From contig CAVXGR010000017.1 in assembly GCA_963761335.1 (NCBI GenBank), positions 64,001 through 128,000 of the forward strand: DNA of 64,000 bases. The letters are read 5' to 3'. Below, piece by piece: positions 9,685 through 19,519 of the stretch. Source of the DNA: an uncultured delta proteobacterium. Lineage in GTDB: Bacteria > Desulfobacterota > Binatia > HRBIN30 > BPIQ01. How positions within the stretch are numbered: the first letter of the stretch is position 1; each line of letters opens with the position of its first letter. Under the pieces are notes generated by a model. The model made no database searches. It was not told the origin of the DNA and was given only the letters and a program-made list of their open reading frames with translations. Made by a program: the position numbers and the translations under genes.

Positions 9685-10863
9685 TCATCCCTTGCGCAGC
9701 GCCTCGATAGGGCGCAGGCGGGCGGCGCGCCAGGCGGGGGCGAAGCCGGCGCCGACGCCGATCAGCAGAGCCACGGCCAGAGAGGCGCCCAGATCAGCGG
9801 CCGTGACCCGCAGCGAGATGACGTTGGTGGTGAAGGTCGCGGCGCCGAAGGCGATGCCGCCGAGAAAGAGGCGCAGGGCCACCGACAGGCCGACGGCGAG
9901 AACCGCGCCGAGACAGAAGCCGGCCGCCGCCAGCGCCATCGATTCGGTCTGGAAGGAGGTGAGGATCGCGGCGCGCGAGAAGCCCAGGGCCCGCAGAGTG
10001 CCGATCTCGGCGATGCGCGCCTGTACGGCGGCGTACATGGTGTTCGACGCCCCGAAGCCGGCGCCGATTCCGGAGAGGACGGCGATGCCGACCACCAGCA
10101 GGTAGAGCGAGTTCGCCGACTCGGCCTGCTTGGCGTAGTAGGCGCTCTCCGTCTGCGCCTCGAGGGCGTAGCGGGGATCGTCGTCGATGTGCTGCCGCAG
10201 GAGATCGCGGTCGGGGATCGAGGCGGCGCGAATGCGGAACCCGGAGTAGGGCAGGGGCCGCTTGGCGTCGAGGCCGAGCTCGCGCACGTCGACCCATACC
10301 TCGCTCTCGTACGAGGATCCGTCGGCGTCGAAGATGCCGACTACCTTCCAGATGCCGCGCCCGAAGCGGAGCGAGCTGCCGAGCGTCGTACCGACATAGC
10401 GGCCGACGACGCCGCGGCCGACGACGGCCTCGCCCGAGCTCGGGTGGAACATGCGGCCCTCGGTGACGTGCACCTCGCGGTGCACCTGCAGCGCCACGGG
10501 CTCGACGCCGCGCACGAGGACGTTCTCGCGGCCGCCGCCGTGCTTGTGAAAGAACGGTTGCACCACCAGCTCCGGGGAGATCAGCGGCTCGCCGCCCTCA
10601 CCCTGGGCGATGCCGTGGAAGAACTTCACGGCGCGGTACGCCTCCAGCGGCAGGGCGCTGGATCCGTCGTTGTCGGAGCCCTTGCGCAGGACGATCAGGT
10701 TCATGGGATCGCCGCTGGAGACGACGGTGTGCTTGAGACTGCTGATCAGGCCGAGGAAGAGGCTGCAGGCGACCACCACCAGCGCGATCACGCCGGCGGT
10801 CATCAGGCTGCGGCCGGGGCGGGCGACGACGTTCTTGAGGCTGTAGGAAACGGGCAACGCCAT
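9685..10863 (-). CDS. ABC transporter permease (FtsX/MacB-like)
   Basis: NTMYAAVQARIAEIGTLRALGF; PAWRAARL. Confidence 0.9.
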   Translation of the reverse strand: MALPVSYSLKNVVARPGRSLMTAGVIALVVVACSLFLGLISSLKHTVVSSGDPMNLIVLRKGSDNDGSSALPLEAYRAVKFFHGIAQGEGGEPLISPELVVQPFFHKHGGGRENVLVRGVEPVALQVHREVHVTEGRMFHPSSGEAVVGRGVVGRYVGTTLGSSLRFGRGIWKVVGIFDADGSSYESEVWVDVRELGLDAKRPLPYSGFRIRAASIPDRDLLRQHIDDDPRYALEAQTESAYYAKQAESANSLYLLVVGIAVLSGIGAGFGASNTMYAAVQARIAEIGTLRALGFSRAAILTSFQTESMALAAAGFCLGAVLAVGLSVALRLFLGGIAFGAATFTTNVISLRVTAADLGASLAVALLIGVGAGFAPAWRAARLRPIEALRKG

Positions 10864-10872
10864 CAGCAGGCC

Positions 10873-12039
10873 TCAGAAGACTTCGCGCAGGGTTTCCGCC
10901 ACCGAGCGCCGCGCCGCGCCGTAGGAGGGCACGACGCCGGCGAGGAAGCCGACCAGCAGCGAGAGGGCGAGGCCCTGGGCGATGACGTGTGGCGTGACGA
11001 TGAAGCCGCCGAGCGGCCCGAGGTCGGGGTTCCAGCCGGCAAAGGCCTGGATCGCCTTGGTGAGGCCGACCGCCATCAGCACACCCGTGGCGCCGGCGGC
11101 GATTGCCAGCGTTGCCGTCTCCGCCAGCAGGGTGGCGAAGATCAGGCGGCGATTGAAGCCGATGGCCTTGAGAATGGCGATCTCGCCGGCGCGCTCGCGC
11201 ACCGCCATCGAGGCGGTGTTGGCGGCGATGAAGACGATGCACAGCGACACCAGGCCGGTGACCACGAGAATGATGGTGACGAATCCCTGCAGCGAGCCGA
11301 AGAAGTTGGCGAAGAAGCTCTTCTCCGTTTCCGAGGCAGTCTCCGCCTGGCTGTTGCGCGACATATCGTCGATCGTCTGCATGATGCGGTTCACCTGACG
11401 CGGGTCGCTGGCGCGCACCCAGATGACGCCGACGATGCCGAGGCCGCCGCGCCCCTGCGCCTGCAGGGCCTGGTCGAGGTACTCGCGGTGCATCCAGAAG
11501 AGCGGCGCCCGGTCCGCCTGGATCTCGCCGACGATGCGCAGGTCGAGGTTCACCGCCCACACGGCGCTGCGCAAGGTGATGCGGTCGCCGATCTTCCAGC
11601 CGTACTTGCGCATCGTCTGCCGGCCGACGATGGCGCCGTCGCGGTAGTGGACGAAGTCGTCCATCTGCTCCTTGGGGATGGGGTAGTCGGGATAGACGTC
11701 GGCGACGTACTCGGGCTCGACGGCGAAGCTCGGGAAGGTGACGCGGCCCTCCTCCTCGAAGGCGCCGCCGAACCAGGTCATGGCCACGGCGGCGGCGACG
11801 CCGGGCACGTGACGCACCTTGCGGGTGAACGAGAACGGCATCGAGTACACCACCCCGGCCTTGTTGTGCACCGAGATGCGGGTGTTGTTGGCGATGTTGT
11901 TGAGGAAGGCGTCGAGCCCGGCGGGCATGGTGAGCAGCACGCACACCAGCAGCACGGCCAAGCTGATGGCACCGCCGGTGAGGGCGGTGCGCAGCTTGTT
12001 GCGGCCGAGATTGGCGACCACCAGCTGGAGGTACTTCAC
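10873..12039 (-). CDS. ABC transporter permease (FtsX/MacB-like)
   Basis: NLGRNKLRTALT; NTASMAVRERAGEIAILKAIGF. Confidence 0.9.
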   Translation of the reverse strand: MKYLQLVVANLGRNKLRTALTGGAISLAVLLVCVLLTMPAGLDAFLNNIANNTRISVHNKAGVVYSMPFSFTRKVRHVPGVAAAVAMTWFGGAFEEEGRVTFPSFAVEPEYVADVYPDYPIPKEQMDDFVHYRDGAIVGRQTMRKYGWKIGDRITLRSAVWAVNLDLRIVGEIQADRAPLFWMHREYLDQALQAQGRGGLGIVGVIWVRASDPRQVNRIMQTIDDMSRNSQAETASETEKSFFANFFGSLQGFVTIILVVTGLVSLCIVFIAANTASMAVRERAGEIAILKAIGFNRRLIFATLLAETATLAIAAGATGVLMAVGLTKAIQAFAGWNPDLGPLGGFIVTPHVIAQGLALSLLVGFLAGVVPSYGAARRSVAETLREVF

Positions 12040-12782
12040 GGCGTCGGCTGAGCGGCCCGCGGCGGCGCCCCTCCAGCCGCCAGCCAGACGGCGTCGTTGG
12101 CGCGCACCGCTTCATCTCCTTCGAGCAGCAGCCCCTTGTCCAGATGCAGGGCGTCGTCGACGAAGCGCAGCGCCCGCGGGTCGTGGGTGACCATGACGAT
12201 GGTCTTGTGGAAGTCGTTCTTCAGCTGCCGCAGCAGCGAGAGCACCTCCTCGGCGTTGCGGGCGTCGAGATCGCCGGTGGGCTCGTCGGCGACGATGAGG
12301 TCCGGGTCGGTGACGATGGCACGGGCGATGGCGACGCGCTGCTGCTCGCCGCCGGAGAGCAGACGCGGGGAGTGCTCGGCGCGGTCGGCGAGGCCGACGA
12401 TGCGCAACGCCGTGAGGGCGCGCCGGCGGCGTTCGGCGCGATCCAGATGGGTGAGCAGCAGCGGCAGAGCGACGTTGTCGGCGGCGGTGAACACCGGGAT
12501 GAGGTTGAAGAACTGGAAGATCAGCCCGACGTGGCCGGCGCGCCAGCGTGCCAGCTCGTCCTCGCTGAGGTCGTTCAAGCGCTGGCCGGCGACCACGACC
12601 TCGCCCGAGGTGGGCCGGTCGATGCCGGAGACCAGGTTGAGAAGCGTCGACTTGCCCGAGCCGGATGGTCCCATGAAGGCGAGGAAATGGCCAGTCTGGA
12701 TGTGCACCGACACGTCCATCAGCGCGTGGATCTCGTCGACGCCGCGGCGATAGGTGCGGGAGACGTTGCGAACCGTGATCAT
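12036..12782 (-). CDS. ABC transporter ATP-binding protein (LolD/MacB-like)
   Basis: Walker [28 protein letters not shown]. Confidence 0.95.
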   Translation of the reverse strand: MITVRNVSRTYRRGVDEIHALMDVSVHIQTGHFLAFMGPSGSGKSTLLNLVSGIDRPTSGEVVVAGQRLNDLSEDELARWRAGHVGLIFQFFNLIPVFTAADNVALPLLLTHLDRAERRRRALTALRIVGLADRAEHSPRLLSGGEQQRVAIARAIVTDPDLIVADEPTGDLDARNAEEVLSLLRQLKNDFHKTIVMVTHDPRALRFVDDALHLDKGLLLEGDEAVRANDAVWLAAGGAPPRAAQPTP

Positions 12783-12857
12783 CCGCTTTTCGCCGTTCTA
12801 GCAGAGGGTGCGGCGACAAAAAAACCGTCCTCACCCCTACCCAGCGAGGGAGGCAAA

Positions 12858-12882
12858 GTTGAGGAGGCGTCCCGCCTCCTCC
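12858..12882. repeat. REP-like family C palindrome
   Basis: GAGGAGGCGTCCCGCCTCCTC; also at 16944 and 39969. Confidence 0.7.
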
Positions 12883-12961
12883 GGGGCGGCCGGGGGCGGG
12901 GGATCGTCCTCGTAGTCGCGGTCCCGGAGCGGCAGCGGCGGAATTCCCCGGGACGCTCACT

Positions 12962-13037
12962 GACGAGTACGATTACGAGCACGAGCACGATTGCGGGCGC
13001 GGGCGCGGGCACGGGCAGAAGCACGAGCAGGGGCGCG
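12962..13037. repeat. Degenerate hexamer array (GAGCAC / GATTAC / GGGCGC)
   Basis: gacgagtacgattacgagcacgagcacgattgcgggcgcgggcgcgggcacgggc; related run at 40030-40100. Confidence 0.7.
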
Positions 13038-13051
13038 AACAGAGGCGACCC

Positions 13052-13780
13052 CTACAGCAGGTAGCCCGCGGGGCCGGTGGCGACCAGGGTGGAGGCGGTG
13101 TAGGCGATGCGCTGGTCGGCGGGAATGCGGACCTGCTCCAGAGTGACGCTCTCCTGGCGGACACGCGAGTAGACGAGGACGGCGAGATGACTGGTCTCCT
13201 GCGACTCCAGCACCACGGCCGGGGCGCAGTGGTCGACGGCCTGCAGGATCTGCCAGTCGGGCGACGCGGTCAGCTGCCCGAGCTCGTCCGGGCTGGCGAT
13301 GACGCGCGCGTGCGCCCAGTACGAGCTCGCCCAGATCTCCTGCATGGCGAACCAGTACTCGAAGACGCCCTCGGCGGTGCGCTCGATCTGGAAGTGGCGG
13401 TAGAGGAGTTCGGCGTCGCGGTCGGCGGTCGCCGGCATGCCGCGCGCCTGGGCGTCGGGAGGCCGGTGCCACTCGAGGACGCGGCGAGCGATGCTGGCGT
13501 CGGAGCCCTGCCGCAGGACGAAGGGGCGGATGCGGAGATCGCCGCCGCGATTTTCGTAGAAGCGATAGCGCACCGCGGCCCCGGGGGTGATCCGCGTGTG
13601 GGTGAGCGCGTCGAGGACGCGGGCCGCGTTGGCCTCGAGCACGCCTTCCCAGAAGAGCGGCTCATGGGTGTCACCGGGCGGCGGCATGCGCTCGAAGCCC
13701 TGCAGGGCGCGAGTCCGCGCTTCGGCGACGTTCTTGATCAGGCGATGGACGAAGTCGGCCGATACGAACTCAACCGCCAT
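13052..13780 (-). CDS. Hypothetical protein (242 aa), overlapping the ispG 3' end
   Basis: Coding-like composition; overlaps the ispG stop; no family recognised. Confidence 0.7.
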   Translation of the reverse strand: MAVEFVSADFVHRLIKNVAEARTRALQGFERMPPPGDTHEPLFWEGVLEANAARVLDALTHTRITPGAAVRYRFYENRGGDLRIRPFVLRQGSDASIARRVLEWHRPPDAQARGMPATADRDAELLYRHFQIERTAEGVFEYWFAMQEIWASSYWAHARVIASPDELGQLTASPDWQILQAVDHCAPAVVLESQETSHLAVLVYSRVRQESVTLEQVRIPADQRIAYTASTLVATGPAGYLL

Positions 13781-14930
13781 GCGCCGGAGCCGTTCCCAGG
13801 CGCTCGGCGATGAGCCGATCGAGCTCTTGGCGCAGCCGCGGCAGCACCTCCGCGTAGCTGTAGCTGCCGATCTTGTGGTCCTTGCGTTTCAAGTTCACCG
13901 TCGACGGACCACACCACAGGCCGAGATCGGCGTCGTCGGTCTCGCCGGGGCCGTTCACCCGACAGCCCATGACGGCGATGGTGATCTGATAGTCGCGCGC
14001 GTAGGCGGTCAGCTCCTTCACCTGCTGGGCGAGCTCGACGAAGGACTCGTTCTCGACGCGCGAGCAGCTCGGGCACGAGATGATGTTCAGCCCGCGGCCG
14101 AAGTCGGGAACGGAGATGAAGCGCCCGTGGTAGACGTCGTCGATGATCTGCCGTCCGACCTCGACCTCCTCGTGCTTGCGCTCGTTGGGCAGAGTGAGGG
14201 AGACGCGCAGGGTATCGCCGATGCCCTGCGCCAGCAGCTTCTCGAAGGCGAGGCGCGATTTGATGATGCCGTCGGGAGGCAGCCCCGCCTCGGTGACGCC
14301 GAGGTGCAGCGGCACGTCCGGCCGCGCTTCGGCGAAACGCAGGTTGGCGTCCACCACCCGCGCCGGGTCGGAGTCCTTCAACGAGACCACGTAGCGCTCG
14401 AAGCCGAACTCGTCCATCAGCTCGCAGTGGAAGAGCGCCGACTCGACGATGGCGGCGAGCTGGTCGCCGGGGTAGCGCTCGAGGAACTCCGGTGCCACCG
14501 AGCCGCAGTTGACGCCGATGCGAATGGCGCAGTCGTTGTCACGCGCCGCGCGTGCCAACCACTCGACCTTGGCGGCGATCGGCTTCTGGCGCTCGACGTG
14601 GTGCAGGTGCCCGGGGTTGTAACGGATCTTCTCGACGTAGGGGGCCAGCTTGGCGGCCAGGCGATAGTTTTCCTGCAGATCGACGACCAGGTTGGCGTCG
14701 GTCTGCGTGCGGATCTCCTTGAGCGCCGCGACCTCTTTCTCGTTGTCGACGGCGACGCGCACCAAGGCCGCGCCGGCGTCTTTCAGCTGCTCGATCTGCG
14801 CCACCGTCGCGTCGACGTTGCGCGTCTTGGTGGCGCACATGCTCTGCACTGCGATCGGCGCGCCGGCGCCGACGGCGATCGAGCCGATACGGACGGAGCG
14901 GGTGGGCATGCGAGTGGGGATCTCAGACAT
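13770..14930 (-). CDS. ispG: (E)-4-hydroxy-3-methylbut-2-enyl-diphosphate synthase
   Basis: [58 protein letters not shown]. Confidence 0.96.
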   Translation of the reverse strand: MSEIPTRMPTRSVRIGSIAVGAGAPIAVQSMCATKTRNVDATVAQIEQLKDAGAALVRVAVDNEKEVAALKEIRTQTDANLVVDLQENYRLAAKLAPYVEKIRYNPGHLHHVERQKPIAAKVEWLARAARDNDCAIRIGVNCGSVAPEFLERYPGDQLAAIVESALFHCELMDEFGFERYVVSLKDSDPARVVDANLRFAEARPDVPLHLGVTEAGLPPDGIIKSRLAFEKLLAQGIGDTLRVSLTLPNERKHEEVEVGRQIIDDVYHGRFISVPDFGRGLNIISCPSCSRVENESFVELAQQVKELTAYARDYQITIAVMGCRVNGPGETDDADLGLWCGPSTVNLKRKDHKIGSYSYAEVLPRLRQELDRLIAERLGTAPAHGG

Positions 14931-14960
14931 GGGTCGGAACTCCGCTTGGCTGCGGTCACG

Positions 14961-15161
14961 CTACCTGAGCGGTTTGGGAGGTACAAGCGCGAGCCGCCAC
15001 CCGCGCTCATACCTCCCGGGTGAGCGTGTTTTCGAGTTGTCCGGCCGGTCCTCCGCCTCCAGAATGGCAACACGCCCGGCGCGGTGACGCGTCAGATGAT
15101 AGGCGGTGGTGGCCTCAGCAAACCCCGCGCCGGCGATCGCCACATCGACGGTCTCGGCCAT
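14961..15161 (-). pseudogene. N-terminal remnant of an FAD-dependent (DAO-like) oxidoreductase
   Basis: MAETVDVAIAGAGFAEATTAYHL...VAILEAED is a Rossmann start with a degenerate GxGxxG; the frame ends after ~66 aa. Confidence 0.55.
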
Positions 15162-15234
15162 CGGTGATGAGCGTATCAGGTGCTTGGTGGAAAAGGCGAA
15201 TGACAAGTTTTTCCGGAATGCTAGCATTGAGCAA

Positions 15235-16227
15235 ATGCTGCGCACCACGGTCGCCGGCGGATGGCCGGCTCCAGCGAGGTACGAAAACGACCTGCGTCGC
15301 TACTACGCCGGAGAGATTTCCGAGCGCCAGGCGGAGCCAATGCTGGTCGCCGCGGCGGCCGCCGCCATGCGCGAGCAGAAGGCGACCGGAGTCTCGCAGG
15401 TGATGAGCGGCGGGCTCTCCGCGGACCCTTTTCTCGCACACCTCGTCCGTTATCTCACCGGCATCGAGCGCGTCTCCCTCGCTGCGGCGGGCAGCCGGAC
15501 GCCCGGGTTCTACCGACTCGCCGGGAGGCTGGCCGCGCCGCGAGGTCTCGGCTACGCGGCGGCCTTCGCGCGCGAGAAGGCGCTCGACCCTTCGCTTCTG
15601 AAGGCCTCGTGTCCAGGCCCCTACACGCTTCTCTCCAACCTGCTTCTGGCCGACGCCTCGGCGTTCTCGGCGCTGCCCCACGCCGTCGACATCGTGCGCA
15701 CCGAGCTGAGCGCCCTGGCCCGCGCCGGAGCTCGCGAGGTGCAGATCGACGTGCCGACCGCGGTCAGCGCCGTGTGCCTGCTGAATCACGACGCGTCCGA
15801 GGTCGCGAACACCCTCAGCCGCGTCTTCCGCGGCGTGCGCAATGCGGCGCGCACCGTGCACCTCTGTCTGCGGGGCCTGAGCGGCGCGTCCCTCGGCGCG
15901 GCGCAGCGGATGAAGCTGCTCCTGCCGGTGATCGAGCGGCTGCGCGGCAAGGTCGACCGGGTGCTCGTCGAGTGCGTCGACGAGGAGTCGCGCCAGGCGC
16001 TGAGCCGCTATCCCGCCGACCTCGAGCTGGTGGCGGGCATCGCCGACGTCAACGAGGTGCCGGAGCCGGTCGAGCTGCTCGTCTCCCGGGCCCGCGAGCT
16101 GCTTCGCCACATTCCCGCCGAACGATTGTGGCTCTCTCCGTCCTGTGGACTGCGCGCCGCCAGTCGCGCCCACGCCGTCGGAACGCTCACGAACACCGTG
16201 GCAGCGGCGCGGCGGTTGCCGGGCTGA
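15235..16227 (+). CDS. Cobalamin-independent methionine synthase II-like (MetE C-terminal domain only)
   Basis: RTTVAGGWP start, K..CPGPYTL, VQID.P, zinc ligands H-x-C (VHLC), E and PSCGL. Confidence 0.75.
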   Translation: MLRTTVAGGWPAPARYENDLRRYYAGEISERQAEPMLVAAAAAAMREQKATGVSQVMSGGLSADPFLAHLVRYLTGIERVSLAAAGSRTPGFYRLAGRLAAPRGLGYAAAFAREKALDPSLLKASCPGPYTLLSNLLLADASAFSALPHAVDIVRTELSALARAGAREVQIDVPTAVSAVCLLNHDASEVANTLSRVFRGVRNAARTVHLCLRGLSGASLGAAQRMKLLLPVIERLRGKVDRVLVECVDEESRQALSRYPADLELVAGIADVNEVPEPVELLVSRARELLRHIPAERLWLSPSCGLRAASRAHAVGTLTNTVAAARRLPG

Positions 16228-16270
16228 GCGGTTGTTGCCGGGCGCCGGCGCTTCGATTAGCTTCGGGCGG

Positions 16271-16936
16271 ATGCCCCTGCTGATCGCCTTCGACCTCGAC
16301 GGCGTGCTCTATTCGACGGAGCCGTTTCTGGTCGAGGCCTATCGCGACTCGATCGCGCGGGTGAATCGCCTGCGCCCCGGCTCCTTCGACCGCGTGCCCG
16401 AGAGCGGCGAGATCTTTCAACATATCGGCTGGCCGGTGCCGACGATTCTGGCGCGCCTCTTCCCGCACACGAATCCGCAGGCGGTGTCGCTGCTGTACGA
16501 CGTCACCCTCGAGGTGATCTGCGCTGGAGTCGCCGAGCGTCGCGGTACTCTCTTTGCGCGCGTGCCTGAGACCTTGGCGCTGCTGCGGGACCGGGGGCAC
16601 GCCCTGGTGGTCGCCTCCAACGGCCGCCGGCGCTACATCGAGACGGTCCTCGAGACCTATGAGCTCGAGCCGCTTTTCGCGCCGTTGCTGACAGTCGACA
16701 GCGGTTCGCTCCCGGACAAGCCGGCGCTGTTGCGCGCCTACGTCGACCGCCACGATGCGCCGGTGGCACGTGTCGTCATGATCGGCGATCGAGCCAGCGA
16801 CGTCGAGGCGGCACACGCCGTCGGCTGCCGCTTCATCGGCTGCGACTACGGCCACGGCCACCGCGACGAGCTCGAAGGGCAGGGGCCCATCGTCTCCGCC
16901 TTCGCCGATCTCCCCGCCGCCATCGAGCCGAAGTGA
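16271..16936 (+). CDS. HAD-family hydrolase (phosphoglycolate phosphatase-like)
   Basis: FDLDGVL motif I, ASN, K, IGDRASD. Confidence 0.9.
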   Translation: MPLLIAFDLDGVLYSTEPFLVEAYRDSIARVNRLRPGSFDRVPESGEIFQHIGWPVPTILARLFPHTNPQAVSLLYDVTLEVICAGVAERRGTLFARVPETLALLRDRGHALVVASNGRRRYIETVLETYELEPLFAPLLTVDSGSLPDKPALLRAYVDRHDAPVARVVMIGDRASDVEAAHAVGCRFIGCDYGHGHRDELEGQGPIVSAFADLPAAIEPK

Positions 16937-16943
16937 GTGAGAG

Positions 16944-16968
16944 GTGGAGGAGGCGTCCCGCCCCCTCC
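16944..16968. repeat. REP-like family C palindrome
   Basis: GTGGAGGAGGCGTCCCGCCCCCTCC. Confidence 0.6.
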
Positions 16969-17097
16969 GGGGCGCGATCCCCCGTCACAAAGAGGGAGGG
17001 GCGTCGGAGGGCTTCGTCGACGGCACTTCTTCCCGGTGAGTGGGTGGCGCCGAGATACCGACATGAACTACAATCGACACTCAACGGGAGGTCGCTG

Positions 17098-17835
17098 ATG
17101 GGATTCACGACGCCGCAGGCTCTGACTGCCGGTGAGTTTCTCGATGAGTGCATCGCCTTCAAACGCGATCACGGTCCGAAGAGCCGCTTCCTGCGGGCTC
17201 TGGTCGCCGGCAAGCTCGACGCGCCCCAGGTGAAGGCCTGGGCGATCGACTTCTACTACTACGTCGAGCCGGCGATCCCCACCATTGCCGCCTGGCTCGC
17301 CGCGGCGCCGACCTTGCCGGACCGCTCCGTCTACCAGCTCGTCGCCCGGAATCTCGCCGGCGAGATGGGATACATCCGCGAGGCGGAGCACTACCAGCTC
17401 TACCTGCAGTTCCTCGAGGGCCTCGGCACCTCGCGGGCGGAGGCCGAGGAGCATCTGCCGCTACCCGGCACCATCGGCGCTGCGGCGGCCATGGGCTACT
17501 ACTGCCGTAGCTCCTTCGAGGAGGGTCTCGGGGCCTTCGGCCTGGCCGTCGAGATGGACGTGCCCGGCCGGGCCAACGGCGCCAAGTTCATTTTCGACGG
17601 CCTGCGGTCGCACTACCGCATCGACGCCAAGGCGCTCGAGTTCTGGGAGATTCACGTCGCCGCCGAGGAGGAGCACGGCGACAACGCCGTGCGCGCTCTG
17701 CAGCATTGCGGCCAGACGATCGAGCAACAGGCGCGCATTCGCCGCGCCTTCCGCTTCAGCGTTCTGGCGCATACCGCCATGACCGAGGGATACGACTGTC
17801 TTCTCGACCGCCCGCCGGCAAACGGCGCGCCCTAG
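17098..17835 (+). CDS. TenA/PqqC/CADD-like heme-oxygenase-fold iron redox enzyme
   Basis: RBS GGGAGG; NLAGE...EH..LY..F..GLG, AVE, FWEIHVAAEEEH diiron-type ligands. Confidence 0.8.
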   Translation: MGFTTPQALTAGEFLDECIAFKRDHGPKSRFLRALVAGKLDAPQVKAWAIDFYYYVEPAIPTIAAWLAAAPTLPDRSVYQLVARNLAGEMGYIREAEHYQLYLQFLEGLGTSRAEAEEHLPLPGTIGAAAAMGYYCRSSFEEGLGAFGLAVEMDVPGRANGAKFIFDGLRSHYRIDAKALEFWEIHVAAEEEHGDNAVRALQHCGQTIEQQARIRRAFRFSVLAHTAMTEGYDCLLDRPPANGAP

Positions 17836-17843
17836 GAGGTTCC

Positions 17844-18074
17844 ATGGGACTGTGGAGATCGCTGCGCCGCGGCGGCAAGAACGAGCCGCCCGCCAAGGAC
17901 ACCGGCGAGGAAAAGCCGAGAGAAGCGGAGGAAACCCCGGAGCCCAGTGCCACGCCGCTGCCCGTGGAGCCGTTCGTCTTCGAGTGCCGCGTCTGCCACA
18001 AGGTCTTCGAAGCGCGCCGCAAGCATCCGCCCTGCCCGGAGTGCGGCAGCGACGACGTCGAGGAGATGGACTGA
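17844..18074 (+). CDS. Small zinc-ribbon protein (FmdB-like)
   Basis: RBS AGGAGG; FECRVCHKVFE...CPECGSDDVE. Confidence 0.75.
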   Translation: MGLWRSLRRGGKNEPPAKDTGEEKPREAEETPEPSATPLPVEPFVFECRVCHKVFEARRKHPPCPECGSDDVEEMD

Positions 18075-18083
18075 AGCGGCGCC

Positions 18084-18902
18084 TCAGCGCAGCTTCCACT
18101 TGGGCCGCTGGCCCGAGGCGAACGCCTTCTGCCCTTCGCGCAGCGATTCGGTGTTGGTGCCGAGACCAATGAAGGCGTAGCCGAGGGCGAGCGCCTGCGA
18201 GCGCGACATCTCGCGCGCCGCCCACAGGGCGCGCAGCGTCCCTTGCACGGCCAGCGCAGGCTGGGAGGCGATGGCCTCGGCGGCCCATGCCGCCGCGCCG
18301 CGCAGCTTGTCGGCGGCGACCACCTCCGACACCAGGCCGATCTCGTGGGCGCGGCGCGCCGACATGCGCTCGTGATTGCCCAGCAGCGAGAGACGCATGA
18401 TCTCGTGGAACGGCATCTTCTGCGCCATGTGTATCGGCTCGAAAGCGGCGGTCATGCCGTAGGTCACGTGCGGATCGAAGAAGGTGGCGTGCTCGGCGGC
18501 GATGATGAACTCCACCTCGCCGAGCATGTAGAAGGCGCCGCCGCAGGCCATGCCGTTCACCGCGGCGATCACCGGCTTCCACAGGTCGCAGGACTTCGGC
18601 CCGAGATTGGCGCCGGGGTCGTCGAACATGAACGGCGTCGAGGCGGCACCGACCGTGCGCGGCCGCGAGCCACCGGCATCTCCCATGGTCTCGGTGCGAT
18701 CGATTCCGGTGCAGAAGGCCTTCTCTCCGGCGCCGGACAATACCACGGCACGCACCGCATCGTTGCGCCGCAGGCTGCGCCACAGGTCGTGGAGCTCCTG
18801 CTGCATGCGGGCATTGAAAGCGTTGTGCACCTCGGGGCGGTTGAGGGTCACCCAGGCGACGCCGTTGCTCTCCTCGTACAGCAGGGTTTCGTACTGGCTC
18901 AC
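18084..18902 (-). CDS. Enoyl-CoA hydratase/isomerase family
   Basis: TLNRPEVHNAF, AFCTGID, KPVIAAVNG. Confidence 0.92.
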   Translation of the reverse strand: MSQYETLLYEESNGVAWVTLNRPEVHNAFNARMQQELHDLWRSLRRNDAVRAVVLSGAGEKAFCTGIDRTETMGDAGGSRPRTVGAASTPFMFDDPGANLGPKSCDLWKPVIAAVNGMACGGAFYMLGEVEFIIAAEHATFFDPHVTYGMTAAFEPIHMAQKMPFHEIMRLSLLGNHERMSARRAHEIGLVSEVVAADKLRGAAAWAAEAIASQPALAVQGTLRALWAAREMSRSQALALGYAFIGLGTNTESLREGQKAFASGQRPKWKLR

Positions 18903-19024
18903 TGTCGTTCCTCGTTGGCGGGTTCTAATCGCTTCGGCGCGCCAGCGTCAAACGCGGCGGCACATGCGCCTGCGCCCCTGCGGGTCGCTGATCTGAACGA
19001 CGGGACGCCGTTCCCCGGGTTTGC

Positions 19025-19135
19025 GAGGCTGTCGCAAGACCCGGGCAAAACGATTCCGCCCGCGAGTAGAAGCGGCGTCTCGCCGCTTCGGAAAGCGCCG
19101 GGACGGCGCTTCTACTCCGGTTTTGAGACAGCCTC
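19025..19135. mobile_element. 111-bp MITE with TIRs and 4-bp TTGC target duplication, carrying a GTAG-REP doublet
   Basis: Left GAGGCTGTCGCAAGAC, right GTTTTGAGACAGCCTC; TTGC at 19021-19024 and 19136-19139. Confidence 0.75.
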
Positions 19136-19230
19136 TTGCGCCCGGGGCAACGCCCGTCGGCCTTCCTCAACACGGCGCGCAACCCGCAGAGTTGCCTGTC
19201 CCCGCCTGCGGGCACGGGAAGAAAGGAAAC

Positions 19231-19515
19231 CTAAACGCTCACCCGGCAGGGAGTGACCTCGATCTTCTTCCACACCCCGCCGGTGACGTAGGGGTCGCGC
19301 TTGATCCAGGCGTCGACGGCGGCGCGGTCGGGGAGGTCGACGAGACAGGCGGAGCCGATCATGCGGCCGTCGTCGCCGAGCAGGGCGGCGCCGTAGAGCA
19401 TCTGGCCGGCGGCCTTCATCGCCGTGGCGGCGGCGAGGTGGGCGTCGCGCGCCGCCTGGCGCCGTGCCGGCGCCTCGGGGTCGGTGCCGTCGTAGCCGAT
19501 CACCAGGAACTGCAT
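19231..19515 (-). CDS. YciI family protein
   Basis: RQAARDAHL, G.LL..DG.MIGS, DPYVTGGVW. Confidence 0.9.
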   Translation of the reverse strand: MQFLVIGYDGTDPEAPARRQAARDAHLAAATAMKAAGQMLYGAALLGDDGRMIGSACLVDLPDRAAVDAWIKRDPYVTGGVWKKIEVTPCRVSV

Positions 19516-19519
19516 GAGA

